Assembly: GCA_964016885.1 (NCBI GenBank)
Contig: OZ024740.1
Coordinates: 422,778,001 to 422,842,000 of the forward strand
DNA: 64,000 bases
Origin: Eledone cirrhosa
Lineage: Eukaryota
Direction: 5' to 3'
Shown here: piece by piece, positions 63,995 to 64,000 of the stretch
Layout: each line of letters opens with the position of its first letter
Position numbering within the stretch: position 1 is the first letter of the stretch
Translations under genes and position numbers: made by a program
Notes under the pieces: generated by a model
Told to the model about the DNA's origin: nothing
The model's database searches: none
The model's input: the letters and a program-made list of their open reading frames with translations, nothing else

Positions 63995-64000
63995 TATATA

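Overview
Repeat-dense eukaryotic DNA, AT- and (TA)n-rich with GT-AG introns. The SINE/LINE repertoire suggests an invertebrate, probably a cephalopod such as octopus (inference). The only host gene seen is the last two coding exons of a class-E ubiquitin-conjugating enzyme (UBE2E-like, + strand, 60012-60927). Its upstream exons were not found, so most of the window may be one very large intron. Contents from left to right: (1) a 12.5-kb array of about 35 near-identical ~355-bp monomers running directly into the leader of an intact 1039-aa RTE-clade LINE, whose RT carries an inserted PHD-like C4HC3 finger; (2) several truncated RTE copies and tRNA-headed SINEs that share the RTE 3' tail; (3) a pogo/Tigger deletion derivative, a piggyBac-type MITE, Helitron pieces and several minisatellites; (4) a 36.7-55 kb cluster of Penelope-like elements (two GIY-YIG fragments) and non-coding relatives. 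That cluster carries minimal type-I hammerhead ribozyme motifs of at least five sequence families, nearly all in inverted or fold-back arrangements, including a perfect 336-bp palindrome with a ribozyme motif on each strand. All calls were made by eye; no searches or folding were run.
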